NCBI GenBank assembly: GCA_048938895.1
Contig: JBHLLU010000010.1
Span: 34,001 to 98,000, forward strand
Source of the DNA: Promethearchaeota archaeon
GTDB taxonomy: Archaea; Asgardarchaeota; Lokiarchaeia; Sigyniarchaeales; SOKP01
DNA length: 64,000 nucleotides
Direction of reading: 5' to 3'
The notes beneath the pieces were generated by a model, which saw only the letters and a list, made by a program, of their open reading frames with translations, was not told where the DNA came from and did not search any database. Position numbers and translations under genes: made by a program. The first letter of the stretch is position 1. Each line of letters begins with the position of its first letter. Below are positions 30,679 through 41,061 of the stretch, in pieces.

Positions 30679-30813
30679 TTGGATTACATTCGATTTGGAG
30701 GATTCAAAAAGATATCAGTTTCAAAAACTATTTTCTATTTTAAACCCCGTGACTGAAAAAACCCCGTAAACTGAACAACTTTTTAACAAAAATTCCTCCT
30801 TAGTGTAATCCAA
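30679..30813. repeat. 135-bp imperfect inverted repeat with an internal direct repeat
   Basis: Nested complementary pairs TTGGATTACA/TGTAATCCAA, GGAGGA/TCCTCC, AAAAAG/CTTTTT, TCAGTTT/AAACTGA; AAACCCCGT..ACTGAA twice. Confidence 0.7.
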
Positions 30814-30887
30814 CCTTTTATAGTTATATAAATAGTGTATTATTACCATATCATCTTAAAATTAAAAAAGATAGGATTTTCGAGCAT

Positions 30888-32087
30888 TTAGTCTAGTTTA
30901 TTGTGAAAATAATCGAAAATTTCACCAAAATACTTATCAGACATACCGGCAATATAATCTCTTACAATTAAAGTTAATTTATTACTATTTTTGAGAGGTT
31001 GATAGTAAGTTGCATAATTCTGATCATCAATATATTCAATATGGTCTTTAAATATAGGAGAATCATAGTTAGCTTCTTCTAAATCTTTTAAACACTCTAT
31101 AAAGATTAGTTCAAATTTTTCTTTTAAATTATCTACAAAAGTCTTGTCAGATGCATTTTTTTTGAAAAGATCTCTACGTGTATAGATATTTTCATAGTTA
31201 AAGGCTTTTAATTCTTTTAACGCCTCGAAAATATCATCTGAATAACCAATTACATCGTTATCAAGGCTATAACTTAATAAATCTGTTATAAGAGTGTCAA
31301 TAATCTTAGCATTTGTATTTCCTAAGACAGATTTACATATATTTGGAATTTGATTTCGAGTAATGAGTTTTAATAAAATTGCATCTTCAATATCTCTACC
31401 AACATAACTAATAGTATCAGCAAATCGTACTGCTATTCCTTCATAAGACATAGGGATTCTTTTAATTTTGTCTTTATTAAAGCAATCATTGTATTCTTTT
31501 AGGTGATCTTCCCATGTTTTTCCATTTCTTTTTATTGGTTTTAATTGTTGTTCATTAACCTCCCCGTCATGGCAGAGAATGCCATCTAATACTTGTAACG
31601 TTAAGTTGAGTCCTTTAGCGGGTTGATCTGGATATCTCTTCTCAAGAGAAGAAAGCCATCGAATCCCTTGGGCATTATGACTAAATGTCCCCATTTTATA
31701 CTTTTCACTTATTTCATTTAAGATTTCTTCCCCAAGATGTCCGAATGGTGAGTGACCTATATCATGCCCTAAAGCAATAGCTTCTATTAGATCTGTGTTT
31801 AACCTCAAGACACGCCCTATTTGCCGACTAACTCGGGAAACTAAGGTGACGTGAAGCGATCTATGAGTAATATTCGCATTATTTACCGCAAAGAATACCT
31901 GAGTTTTATCTATGTACCGCGAATAAGCTTTTGAATGTACAATACGATCAACGTCTCTAAAAAAAGGAGGTCTAATATCTTCACTCTCATCTTCATAATA
32001 TCTCGTTGCTTCAGCATCTAATACACCATGTATTCCAACATCTCTCATCATTCTCGTTTGCAAGTGTTCAATCGTCTTCTTATCCAT
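30888..32087 (-). CDS. dgt: dGTP triphosphohydrolase-like HD protein
   Basis: FFRDVDRIVHSKAYSRYIDKTQV, RSLHV, LGHDIGHSPFGHLGE, FSHNAQG, ADTISY, DYIAGMSD. Confidence 0.85.
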   Translation of the reverse strand: MDKKTIEHLQTRMMRDVGIHGVLDAEATRYYEDESEDIRPPFFRDVDRIVHSKAYSRYIDKTQVFFAVNNANITHRSLHVTLVSRVSRQIGRVLRLNTDLIEAIALGHDIGHSPFGHLGEEILNEISEKYKMGTFSHNAQGIRWLSSLEKRYPDQPAKGLNLTLQVLDGILCHDGEVNEQQLKPIKRNGKTWEDHLKEYNDCFNKDKIKRIPMSYEGIAVRFADTISYVGRDIEDAILLKLITRNQIPNICKSVLGNTNAKIIDTLITDLLSYSLDNDVIGYSDDIFEALKELKAFNYENIYTRRDLFKKNASDKTFVDNLKEKFELIFIECLKDLEEANYDSPIFKDHIEYIDDQNYATYYQPLKNSNKLTLIVRDYIAGMSDKYFGEIFDYFHNKLD

Positions 32088-32193
32088 TTCTCAAATCAAC
32101 CTTTTCTAAAAGCTATATAAAAAAGATTAGTAGGGAAAAAATAAAGATTTTGTTTATCCAAGAAAGAAGTTTAAAAAAGTTTTATAACAGAGA

Positions 32194-33141
32194 TTAGCCC
32201 ATTTTCATATCAATTGCATTATAGGGGCATTTTTCTTTACATTTTAAGCAAAAATTGCATTCTCCTTTTCCTGTAAAGAATTCAAATGGTTCGTCTAGGA
32301 TTCTAATTTGTTTTGGGCATACTTTCTCACAAATTCCACACTCTGTTCTTCCTACACATCTCACGGGATTTCTTGTCAATTTTAAAAAGGAATATTCCGA
32401 GATTGTTGAAGCTACCGCAGCAAAAGGGCATAAGTATCTGCAGTATACACGTGGATACCATACAGAAAGAATAATTATCGCTAAATAGAAGAAGAAGATA
32501 AAAAATGTTATAAAGTTTGAGAATAGTGGTTCTAGACTGCCTGTTTGAACCATATCTTTGATCATATTAGGAAAGAATACAAATATATATTCAGAAAGAG
32601 AAAAATAACCCATTGGTTTTTTTCCAAAATCTCCTAAATTAGCTCTATAATCTACATAAAAGTCATAATTAGTCGTAGCTGTTATTCCTAAAGGAATAAT
32701 AAGAATGATAATTAGGATGACAAACGCATACTTAATTTTTAAGAAAGATTTATGGGTATTCATCTTTAAAGTTCTTTTTGGTGTTGGAATAGCTGCACAG
32801 GCATCTTGGATTGCACCAATTGGGCATATCCAACCACAAAAAATCCGGTTAGTAAATAAGATAATTATAACTAACACAGCTATCAATAATAATGGAAAAA
32901 TTCCATCTACAATGGAATAAAATATCATCTCTAGAATTCCAGCTCCATTAGAAAGTGGATTTTGAGCAGCATTCAAAACGGGAAGAACTTTTATGAAAGC
33001 TTCTAAACTTATTAGATTTAACGTAAATAATTGTTCAAGAATAACATAATTTATTATGATAAAGGCTATAAATTGAGCAATATGTCTTGAAATCGTTGTT
33101 CTATTACTTTTTATTTTTGATTGAAAACCTTTAATATTCAA
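32194..33141 (-). CDS. 4Fe-4S-binding membrane protein (NapH/MauN-like)
   Basis: RIFCGWICPIGAIQD, RVYCRYLCP, and two C-terminal ferredoxin motifs. Confidence 0.85.
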   Translation of the reverse strand: MNIKGFQSKIKSNRTTISRHIAQFIAFIIINYVILEQLFTLNLISLEAFIKVLPVLNAAQNPLSNGAGILEMIFYSIVDGIFPLLLIAVLVIIILFTNRIFCGWICPIGAIQDACAAIPTPKRTLKMNTHKSFLKIKYAFVILIIILIIPLGITATTNYDFYVDYRANLGDFGKKPMGYFSLSEYIFVFFPNMIKDMVQTGSLEPLFSNFITFFIFFFYLAIIILSVWYPRVYCRYLCPFAAVASTISEYSFLKLTRNPVRCVGRTECGICEKVCPKQIRILDEPFEFFTGKGECNFCLKCKEKCPYNAIDMKMG

Positions 33142-33230
33142 AAGTTACCACTGACCACTTCTTTAACAAACTTAATTAATACTATTTAAAAAAATTAATT
33201 CTTGTCTTAAGAAATTTCAAAAGAATAAGT

Positions 33231-33259
33231 AAATTTTCGCTAAGAGCGAAAGTTTTTTT
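33231..33259. terminator. stem-loop with adjacent T run between two minus-strand genes
   Basis: AAATTTTCGCT-AAG-AGCGAAAGTTT then TTTT; function unproven. Confidence 0.3.
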
Positions 33260-33306
33260 GTAGTTCTTAATTAAACAAAAAGTGACTATTTAGTTATGAA
33301 ATCAGG

Positions 33307-35217
33307 TTATTTAAGAAGTACAGTCTCCAAATTTGTTGGTGATTTTGTTTGCTTTCTAAGTTTTTTGTGGATCATTGTTGATAAACTAATACATTTCGTT
33401 GCTTCTCCATGGTTTACAATAATAGATTTAGGTCTTGGTTGAATTCGTCTTAAAAACTGAGAGATTTGGCTTCTTGATGAATGTCCTGAAAAACCTTCAA
33501 GAGTAAAAACTTTTAGATTAATTTTTACTAGTTGAGTACGACCTTTAGCATCAACATATGTAAACTCACGAAATCCTTTTTGCAATCTTGAACCTAATGT
33601 TCCGTTAACCTGATATGACACAAAAATGAGTGCATTTTTAGCATCATTCGCTAGTTCTCGTAAATATTGTACTGAAGGTCCACCTATAAGCATTCCACTA
33701 GTTGCTAAAATAATACAAGGTCCTCCTTTAATAATGTCTAACCGTTCTTCTTGAGCAGAAACTGTTTCGAAATAATCACTTAAAAAAGGATTTTTTCCTT
33801 GGTGCAATATCTTTTCTCTTAAATCACTACTTAAATAGTCCGGATTAGCTGTATGTATCGCTGTAGCTTCACTAATTAATCCATCTATAAAAATGGGAAC
33901 TTTATCTATAAATCCTTTTGAAATATATTCCTCTAGAACTATTAATAGTTCTTGAGCTCGTCCCACAGCTAGTACGGGGACTAGAACTTTTCCCCCTCTT
34001 TTGAGTGTAGAATTTAAAATCTGTTTAAGTTCTTTTTCAGATTCTTGCCTGCTAGGAATTCGATCCTGAGGCCCACCATAAGTTGATTCTATTAATAGAC
34101 TTTCGACTCGAGGAAACTTTACGGCTGCTTTTTCTAATAACCGTGTTTTTTGAAATTTAAAGTCTCCAGTGTACACAAAATTGTAATCTCCTTTCCCGAA
34201 ATGTAAGTGAATCATTGATGATCCTAAAATATGTCCAGAATTATGAAGTGTTAATTTAATATCGGGTGCAATATCAGTTACTTTACCCCAAGAAAGGGGA
34301 ATCGTATGAAGAACGGTTTGTTTTACATCTCTTTTTGAATAGGGTAAAGGAGTCCCTTCTTTTTCACAGATCTGAATGAAATCCAGTTGTAGCATTGTTG
34401 CTAAGTTTCTTGTAGGTAAGGTACAATAAACAGGACCACGATAACCATATTTATAGAGGAATGGTACAAGTCCACAATGATCTAGATGTGCGTGTGAAAT
34501 TATTACAGCATCGAGATCTCTTAAAGAGAATTCTGGAACATCAAAAAAAGGGAATTTATCATTAGGATTTCCAACGTTTAATCCTACATCCAATAGTACA
34601 CTACTATCTCTTGTTTGCATTAAAATACAGGATCTACCAACTTCACGAAAACCTCCTAATGCTGTTAATCTTATATTCAAATCCTTAAATAATGGTGGTC
34701 TATGAATTCTTTTACCAATATTTAGGAGAATATCTTTCTGAGTTTGCCTTTCTTTTTTTAACATACCTCTTATTAATTGAATGGTTCTTGATGTTAGTGG
34801 GGGTGTTCTTATAGTTTTAGGTTGCCAAAAAGTGTTTGATCTAATTTCCTTTAAATTAATTCCTTTTTTACCAATTACAAGTCCAGGCTTTCCAGATTCA
34901 ATAATAACTTCTCCTCTGGTGTGATCGAAGGAAATATCTGAAATTTCTGCATCATTATTTACTAAATTTCTAATATATTCTTCAGTTTCCGCAGGATCCT
35001 TACGTTTATCTACATTCCATCGAAAAACAACACGTTTTCTCATAGTTTTGGCTAAATCTTTTAAAATTGTTGAACTTTCAATAGCATCCACATCCGAATT
35101 TTCTGAATAAACAGCTATTTCTGGTCCCTCAAATTCGATTTTATTGACTTTTATTTCAGGTGGTAGGTTTTGGATTATTTCATTTTTTATTCTTACTAGC
35201 TCTCCTTCATAACTCAT
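33307..35217 (-). CDS. fttA: aCPSF1/FttA beta-CASP ribonuclease (transcription termination factor)
   Basis: N-terminal KH domains (KPGLVIGK), LGGFREVGRSC, SHAHLDH, GHILGS, ESTYG, FSGH, VNHGE. Confidence 0.95.
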   Translation of the reverse strand: MSYEGELVRIKNEIIQNLPPEIKVNKIEFEGPEIAVYSENSDVDAIESSTILKDLAKTMRKRVVFRWNVDKRKDPAETEEYIRNLVNNDAEISDISFDHTRGEVIIESGKPGLVIGKKGINLKEIRSNTFWQPKTIRTPPLTSRTIQLIRGMLKKERQTQKDILLNIGKRIHRPPLFKDLNIRLTALGGFREVGRSCILMQTRDSSVLLDVGLNVGNPNDKFPFFDVPEFSLRDLDAVIISHAHLDHCGLVPFLYKYGYRGPVYCTLPTRNLATMLQLDFIQICEKEGTPLPYSKRDVKQTVLHTIPLSWGKVTDIAPDIKLTLHNSGHILGSSMIHLHFGKGDYNFVYTGDFKFQKTRLLEKAAVKFPRVESLLIESTYGGPQDRIPSRQESEKELKQILNSTLKRGGKVLVPVLAVGRAQELLIVLEEYISKGFIDKVPIFIDGLISEATAIHTANPDYLSSDLREKILHQGKNPFLSDYFETVSAQEERLDIIKGGPCIILATSGMLIGGPSVQYLRELANDAKNALIFVSYQVNGTLGSRLQKGFREFTYVDAKGRTQLVKINLKVFTLEGFSGHSSRSQISQFLRRIQPRPKSIIVNHGEATKCISLSTMIHKKLRKQTKSPTNLETVLLK

Positions 35218-35628
35218 AATATATCATCATTTTGACTAGTTGTTATTAATACTATAATTCTGTATACCGAGTTTAGAAATTTAATTTATTATTCATATAG
35301 TTTGTGTCTTCGGTAATCAACTCAATATGTTGAAATATTTATTAATAGCACTCGAAATTTTATTTATATATATAATCTAATATTTGATAAACACTATTTT
35401 GAATAAATAGAATATCTTTCTCTTACAATAAAATTCATTAATGAAGAGAATTATTTTTAGAATGAAATACTTCTAAATTTCTATGATAGATATAATTTAA
35501 TCAAATAAAAACATTTTGATTATTAAAATAAAAACGATTCGGTTATTCAAAACTCTTTAACTGATATCTACACAGTTTTTTGAAGGAAATTAGATAAATT
35601 TTTTTAAAGATAGTAAATAGAGTCATTT

Positions 35629-36261
35629 ATGAGTAAAATTAAAATTGGGGCTATTGCTTCTGGATCTGGATCTAATTTTGAAAGCATTGTTCAATCTTGT
35701 GAAGATGGCATTCTAAAAGAAAAAGCTTCAGTCGAAGTCTTAATTTGTAATAAAGCAGGAGTATTATGTATAGAACGAGCAATAAAGCATAAAATTCCAT
35801 ATATTTTGATTGAATCTGATAAACATAAAGGTACAAGAGAAGAGTTTGACCAAAAAATGATTGAAGTTCTTGACCAGTATGAATGTGAATTAATTACTTT
35901 AGTAGGATATATGCGTTTTGTCAGTGAACTATTCATAAATCACTTTAAGGGGAATGTAATGAACATACATCCTGCTCTTCTACCGAGTTTTAAGGGAATG
36001 CATGCCCATGAGGATGCTATAGCCTATGGTGTTAAGGTATCAGGTGTTACAGTTCATTTTGTTGATGTTCATGAAGATCATGGACCAATTATCATCCAGA
36101 AAGCAGTTCCTGTCTATGATACCGATAATAAAGATACTTTAGGCTCAAGAATCCTAAAATGGGAACATAAGGCTTTTCCAAAAGCAATTGAACTATTCTG
36201 TGATAGACGTTTACATGTTGAAGGCCGGATTGTAAAAATAGATGGAGAAGTTAAATTATAA
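35629..36261 (+). CDS. purN: phosphoribosylglycinamide formyltransferase
   Basis: SGSGSNF, LVGYMR, NIHPALLPSF, GVTVHFVD, GPIIIQ. Confidence 0.95.
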   Translation: MSKIKIGAIASGSGSNFESIVQSCEDGILKEKASVEVLICNKAGVLCIERAIKHKIPYILIESDKHKGTREEFDQKMIEVLDQYECELITLVGYMRFVSELFINHFKGNVMNIHPALLPSFKGMHAHEDAIAYGVKVSGVTVHFVDVHEDHGPIIIQKAVPVYDTDNKDTLGSRILKWEHKAFPKAIELFCDRRLHVEGRIVKIDGEVKL

Positions 36262-36480
36262 AATTTACTTTATAATTAAGGGAAATGATTTTAATGCGCT
36301 TTCTGACCCAACGGATTAATATAGTTCTTATACTATTTTTAAAATGACGAAGATCTTGAGTAGCGAGAAATCATTTCCCACCTTTTACTAAATTAACTCT
36401 ATTTATTTACAAACACTAAAGTTTTAATCCAAATAACAATAATTCCTAAATAATTATATAGAAATCGGATATTTTTAAGA

Positions 36481-38670
36481 ATGCCACGTAGAAAAGAAAT
36501 CACGGAAATACTAAATCTGATGGAAAAAACTCAAAATATAAGAAATATCGGATTTGTTGGACATATCGACCATGGTAAAACCACACTCTCTGATTCTCTT
36601 TTAAGTGAAGCTGGATTTTTATCACCAGAATTGGCAGGCGAAGCCCGAGCATTAGACTACTTAGAAGAAGAGCAACAACGTGGCATAACTATGAAATCAG
36701 CAAATATTTCACTATACTATGAAAAATCACTCGAAGATAAAGAGCCCTTCCTTATAAATTTAGTAGATACACCGGGTCACTTAGATTTTAGCGGTAAGGT
36801 AACTCGCGCTTTACGATTGGTTGATGGGGTTGTAGTGGTAGTTGATGCTGTAGAAGAAATAATAACACAATCAGAGACTGTAATCAAACAAGCCCTACAA
36901 GAAGGAGTTAAACCAATTCTTTTTATTAACAAGATCGATCGTTTAATAAGGGAATTAAAACTTTCAGATGAAGAAATTAAGAAAAAGTATATTCGAATTA
37001 TAAAATCCTTCAATACTCTTTTGGATAGATATGCAGATCACCCATTTAACAAAAAATGGAAGGTATCACCTTTAGCGGGTAATGTTGCATTTGGATCAGC
37101 CCTTCATAAATGGGGTTTTACTCATAATATTCTTGAACAGAGTACTATAAAATTTAAGGATATTAGAGAGCGATATAAAAAGGAGACTTATACTAAAGAT
37201 AGTTATGCAAACTTATCTAAGTATTTACCTATTCATAAGGCTATTCTTGAGATGGTTGTAAATCACTTACCAAATCCTATTGATGCTCAAAAATACAGAA
37301 TTGGAAAAATTTGGGATGGTGATATAAATTCTAACTTAGGAAAAGCAATGATTAATTGTGATAGTGAAGGTCCACTAATTATTTGTTTAAGCAAAGTTCA
37401 AGCGGATAAGCACGGTCTTATTTCTACTGGAAGGATTTTTTCTGGAAGTTGTAGCAAAAAGAGCAAGATTTTTCTTTTAAATGAAAACAATTTTGAAACT
37501 ATTCAAAGAGTCGCCATTTTCATGGGACAGAGAAGGGAACAAGTTGATAAAATCCCTGTAGGTAATATCGTTGCTATCGAAGACTTAAAAGGCGTAAGAA
37601 GTGGTGAAACTATTGTGGATAGTAATAATTTCAATAATATGGTCCCATTCGAAAGTGTCAAATATATAACAACACCTGTAGTAACAGTCTCGATTGAACC
37701 GGAATATCTTAGGGATCTAGATCTGATGAAAAAATTAATTGAAGATCTTTTAGTTGAAGATCCAAATCTAAAATTTGAAATAAATGAGGAAACAGGAGAA
37801 TTTTTGTTAAGTGGAATGGGTCCGTTACATTTAGAAGTAACTGCTAACGAAATAAATAAGAGAGGAGTCAAAGTTTCTATATCCGACCCGAGAGCTGTTT
37901 TTAAAGAATCTTGTCGATATAATTCCTCCTCCATTACAGTGCAATCTTCTGATTCTAAAAATAGATTGAAACTTAGAATTGAAAGACTAGACGATAAAAC
38001 AGTCAATTTTTTTCAAAATACAGATTATAGAAATATAAAACCCTTTGAGACGTTAAAAGAAGTATTAAACGAATATACAGATTTAACTCCTTATGAGATA
38101 GAGAATTTCTGGATTTGTGATGATGATCAAAATATAATCATCTATGAAGGAAGTTGGGACTTAGGGAAAGAGTATAAAGAAGAAATGATTGAAATTTTTG
38201 AGAAAATCCATTTAAATGGGCCATTATGCGGAGAAAAGCTTACAGAAATTAAAATTATTATTGAAGAATTGGAATTAGAAAATCTCTCGCAGGAAAATGT
38301 TTTTACTGAATTATCTACGTTATTTTACAATGCGATAAAAAAGGGATTACTACAAGGAGAGCTCATCTTATTGGAGCCTATTTATCATACAATCATACAA
38401 CTACCTCCCGATCATATTAAAAATGTACTATCATTATTATCAAAATATTCTGCAAAGATAAAGAGTATAGATCAAGAAAAAGAATACCAAGCAGTGATAG
38501 AAATCTTATTATCAGTTCGTAATTCGTTAAAATTTGCAGATGATATACGAAGTACTACTTCAGGGAAAGCGTTTTGGCAGAATGAATTTTATGCATTTAT
38601 GGAAGTTCCAGAGCATGAATCAAAAAAGTTAATTGAAGATTTAAAATTTCTTAAAGGAATCTCATGGTAA
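36481..38670 (+). CDS. elongation factor 2 family GTPase, divergent paralog without the diphthamide loop
   Basis: GHIDHGKTT, RGITMK, DTPGH, NKID, GMGPLHLE, GPLCGE; no HEDxxHRG in domain IV. Confidence 0.85.
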   Translation: MPRRKEITEILNLMEKTQNIRNIGFVGHIDHGKTTLSDSLLSEAGFLSPELAGEARALDYLEEEQQRGITMKSANISLYYEKSLEDKEPFLINLVDTPGHLDFSGKVTRALRLVDGVVVVVDAVEEIITQSETVIKQALQEGVKPILFINKIDRLIRELKLSDEEIKKKYIRIIKSFNTLLDRYADHPFNKKWKVSPLAGNVAFGSALHKWGFTHNILEQSTIKFKDIRERYKKETYTKDSYANLSKYLPIHKAILEMVVNHLPNPIDAQKYRIGKIWDGDINSNLGKAMINCDSEGPLIICLSKVQADKHGLISTGRIFSGSCSKKSKIFLLNENNFETIQRVAIFMGQRREQVDKIPVGNIVAIEDLKGVRSGETIVDSNNFNNMVPFESVKYITTPVVTVSIEPEYLRDLDLMKKLIEDLLVEDPNLKFEINEETGEFLLSGMGPLHLEVTANEINKRGVKVSISDPRAVFKESCRYNSSSITVQSSDSKNRLKLRIERLDDKTVNFFQNTDYRNIKPFETLKEVLNEYTDLTPYEIENFWICDDDQNIIIYEGSWDLGKEYKEEMIEIFEKIHLNGPLCGEKLTEIKIIIEELELENLSQENVFTELSTLFYNAIKKGLLQGELILLEPIYHTIIQLPPDHIKNVLSLLSKYSAKIKSIDQEKEYQAVIEILLSVRNSLKFADDIRSTTSGKAFWQNEFYAFMEVPEHESKKLIEDLKFLKGISW

Positions 38671-38717
38671 AATGAGTTCTAGCAATAGAGTTATTTTACT
38701 AAAATGTGAAAAATTGT

Positions 38718-40025
38718 TTAATATTTTTTACTAAATTTTATGATTTCGTCTTGAATCTGGTAATTAGGAAGAACCAAGTTAGCAAAGCCTTTTTCCGCTG
38801 CAAATTTTGGCATCGCATATAGAATTGATGTTTCTTCAGATTCGGCAATCGTCTTACCCCCCAATTTTTGGATCGCACCTAATCCCTCAACACCATCTGA
38901 GCCCATCCCTGTCAACAATATGCCCATCGCTCTATTCCTATAAATTTTGGCAGCAGAAAAAAATAATATATCTATTGACGGCATGCAGTAGTTTATAGGG
39001 GCACTTTTATAAATTTTTATACATGGATTATTATTTTTAGTTGTGATTTCAATGTGGTTATCTCCAGGAGCAATATATACTGTTCCATTTCGAATATATT
39101 CACCATCAGATGCAACTTTTATATCTAATTCACATTCTAAATTTAAATTATCAACAAATGCTTCTGTAAAGTGTGCAGATAAATGCTGAACTATTAAAAT
39201 TGGTGAGGGGAATTTGCTTGGTAGTGCTTTTAATATGGAAGTTATGGTACGAGGCCCACCTACGCTAGCCCCAATCACTATAAGATTTGAAGTTAAGGTA
39301 ACTCCCTTAATGGGTGTCAAATCTGGTGTAAAAGAAGATTTTTTAACTGTTTTGAATTGATATTCTGGTTTTTTTTGTTCCTCTAATGGTTTGAATCTCG
39401 GCGGTTTTATTTCCTGATTTTTCAATTTTCTGAGATTACTTGAAATTTTGTTCTCTCTATTCTTAGTTTTGCCAATATCGATAATTTGTTGGTCTTCCTC
39501 TGATTCTTGGATAGGTGTGAGTGTGTTTAAATATCGCCCAAATTTAAAGATCTCATCAATAATTTCTTGTCTGAGAGATATAGGTTTTTTATATTCTTCA
39601 TTTTCTTTTTTAAATATTCTTTTTATTTGGGATTGAGATGCTAGAAGAACTTTCGAGAGTAATTCTTCCCGGAATTTTGGTAAATCTTTAGCACCTATAC
39701 CTCCTGGTTTTATTATATAATCAAATGCCCCCATTAAAAGTGCCTGGATAGAAGAATCAAGGTTTTTGGGACTTATGGCGGAAAGTATAACAGTAGGTGT
39801 TGGACGTTCTTCCATGATCATTTTAAAAGCGTCTAACCCATTCATTTTTGGCATCAGTAAATCTAAAACCAAGACATCTGGGCTAAATTTCTTAACAAAT
39901 TTAACAGCTTCCTCTCCATCCTTTGCATATTCTAAGATGTTTATCAAATCGTGACCTTTAAGAATTTGAGCAATATTTTTTCTTAAATACGCAGAATCAT
40001 CAGCAATTATAACATCAATTGACAG
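38718..40025 (-). CDS. cheB: chemotaxis response regulator methylesterase CheB (copy 1; probable CTG start at 40025)
   Basis: Receiver domain (IIADDSAY lies upstream of the track start; LDLLMP; DYIIKP) plus esterase GASVGGP, VQH, LTGMGSDG. Confidence 0.92.
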   Translation of the reverse strand: MSIDVIIADDSAYLRKNIAQILKGHDLINILEYAKDGEEAVKFVKKFSPDVLVLDLLMPKMNGLDAFKMIMEERPTPTVILSAISPKNLDSSIQALLMGAFDYIIKPGGIGAKDLPKFREELLSKVLLASQSQIKRIFKKENEEYKKPISLRQEIIDEIFKFGRYLNTLTPIQESEEDQQIIDIGKTKNRENKISSNLRKLKNQEIKPPRFKPLEEQKKPEYQFKTVKKSSFTPDLTPIKGVTLTSNLIVIGASVGGPRTITSILKALPSKFPSPILIVQHLSAHFTEAFVDNLNLECELDIKVASDGEYIRNGTVYIAPGDNHIEITTKNNNPCIKIYKSAPINYCMPSIDILFFSAAKIYRNRAMGILLTGMGSDGVEGLGAIQKLGGKTIAESEETSILYAMPKFAAEKGFANLVLPNYQIQDEIIKFSKKY

Positions 40026-40095
40026 CTAAATCTCCCATAGTAGCAAATTTGATTTAATAAATATTAGTGCACTCAAATTTATACTTATTTAAATA

Positions 40096-41055
40096 CTAAA
40101 ACAAGGTTGAAATTAAATATGTAAATAATTCATCTATTCCCTCACCTGTATATGCGGATGTTTCAAAAAAAGGAAAATGATATGCTTTTGCAAGCTTTTG
40201 AGCTCGTAACTTAAGTTCCTGACGATCCTTGGTTAAATCGATTTTATTCCCAACTAATATGATTGGAATGGATAGATCTTTGATAAAATGGCGAGATTCT
40301 TCGATCCAATTAGATATATTATTGAGAGTTTCTTGTTTGGAATAATCAAACAAAATAAGGATTGCATTTGAATAAGGATAGTAATACTTGCGAATTTTAG
40401 CAAATCCTCTTAATCCACCTAGGTCAAGGAGATATAAAAATAAACTATGCTCTTTAGATATTTGTAAAGTCTTATCTTTAATTGATATTCCTATAGTTGG
40501 TCTATAACTTTCTTGGAAATTTCCTCTACAATACATTTCAACCAAAGAACTCTTTCCAACTGATTCTGAACCAACGATTACTATTTTGTTAACATTATTG
40601 TTAGCATATTGAGCATTATGGTTAGGATTCAAAATTAGATCTCCAGTATTACTTAATTTTGGTAAATTAATTGAAGTTTCTTTATTATTGAGCAGTAATG
40701 AAATTTTTTCTGCCACAATATAAGCAAAAGGGATAAATTGATTTATATTAGAATATTGATCACCAACCAAAACAAAGATTGCAGGAGTTACTCTGCTTAA
40801 TTCTATATAAAATAATTGAAATTCATTAGTCGCAAGGGTACCACTTCCAAATGAAGTTTCTGTATACTTCTTTATTCGGTTTATGGTCTGTTCGAGAATA
40901 CCCATAATAGCACCAATTAATTCTTCATCAAACCCACCGATTGATTTTTTAGCAATAATTAGCCCATCTAAATCAACAACTAAAGCAGCTAAAAGATCTT
41001 GTGTTTCGCCTAACAGATTGGCAAGCAGTTCTTCCAATATTGTTATCTTTGACAT
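40096..41055 (-). CDS. roadblock domain plus Rab/Ras-like small GTPase fusion
   Basis: N-terminal LLAALVVDLDGLIIA...DEELIGA; G1 GSESVGKSS, G2 PTIG, G3 DLGG, G4 NKID, G5 ETSA. Confidence 0.9.
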   Translation of the reverse strand: MSKITILEELLANLLGETQDLLAALVVDLDGLIIAKKSIGGFDEELIGAIMGILEQTINRIKKYTETSFGSGTLATNEFQLFYIELSRVTPAIFVLVGDQYSNINQFIPFAYIVAEKISLLLNNKETSINLPKLSNTGDLILNPNHNAQYANNNVNKIVIVGSESVGKSSLVEMYCRGNFQESYRPTIGISIKDKTLQISKEHSLFLYLLDLGGLRGFAKIRKYYYPYSNAILILFDYSKQETLNNISNWIEESRHFIKDLSIPIILVGNKIDLTKDRQELKLRAQKLAKAYHFPFFETSAYTGEGIDELFTYLISTLF

Positions 41056-41061
41056 TTGTTT

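Noticed and set aside
30742-30776. Doubled G-string motif as a replication origin (ORB)
   Set aside because: It lacks the TCCA..GAAAC ORB core, and no cdc6/orc1 gene is in the window.
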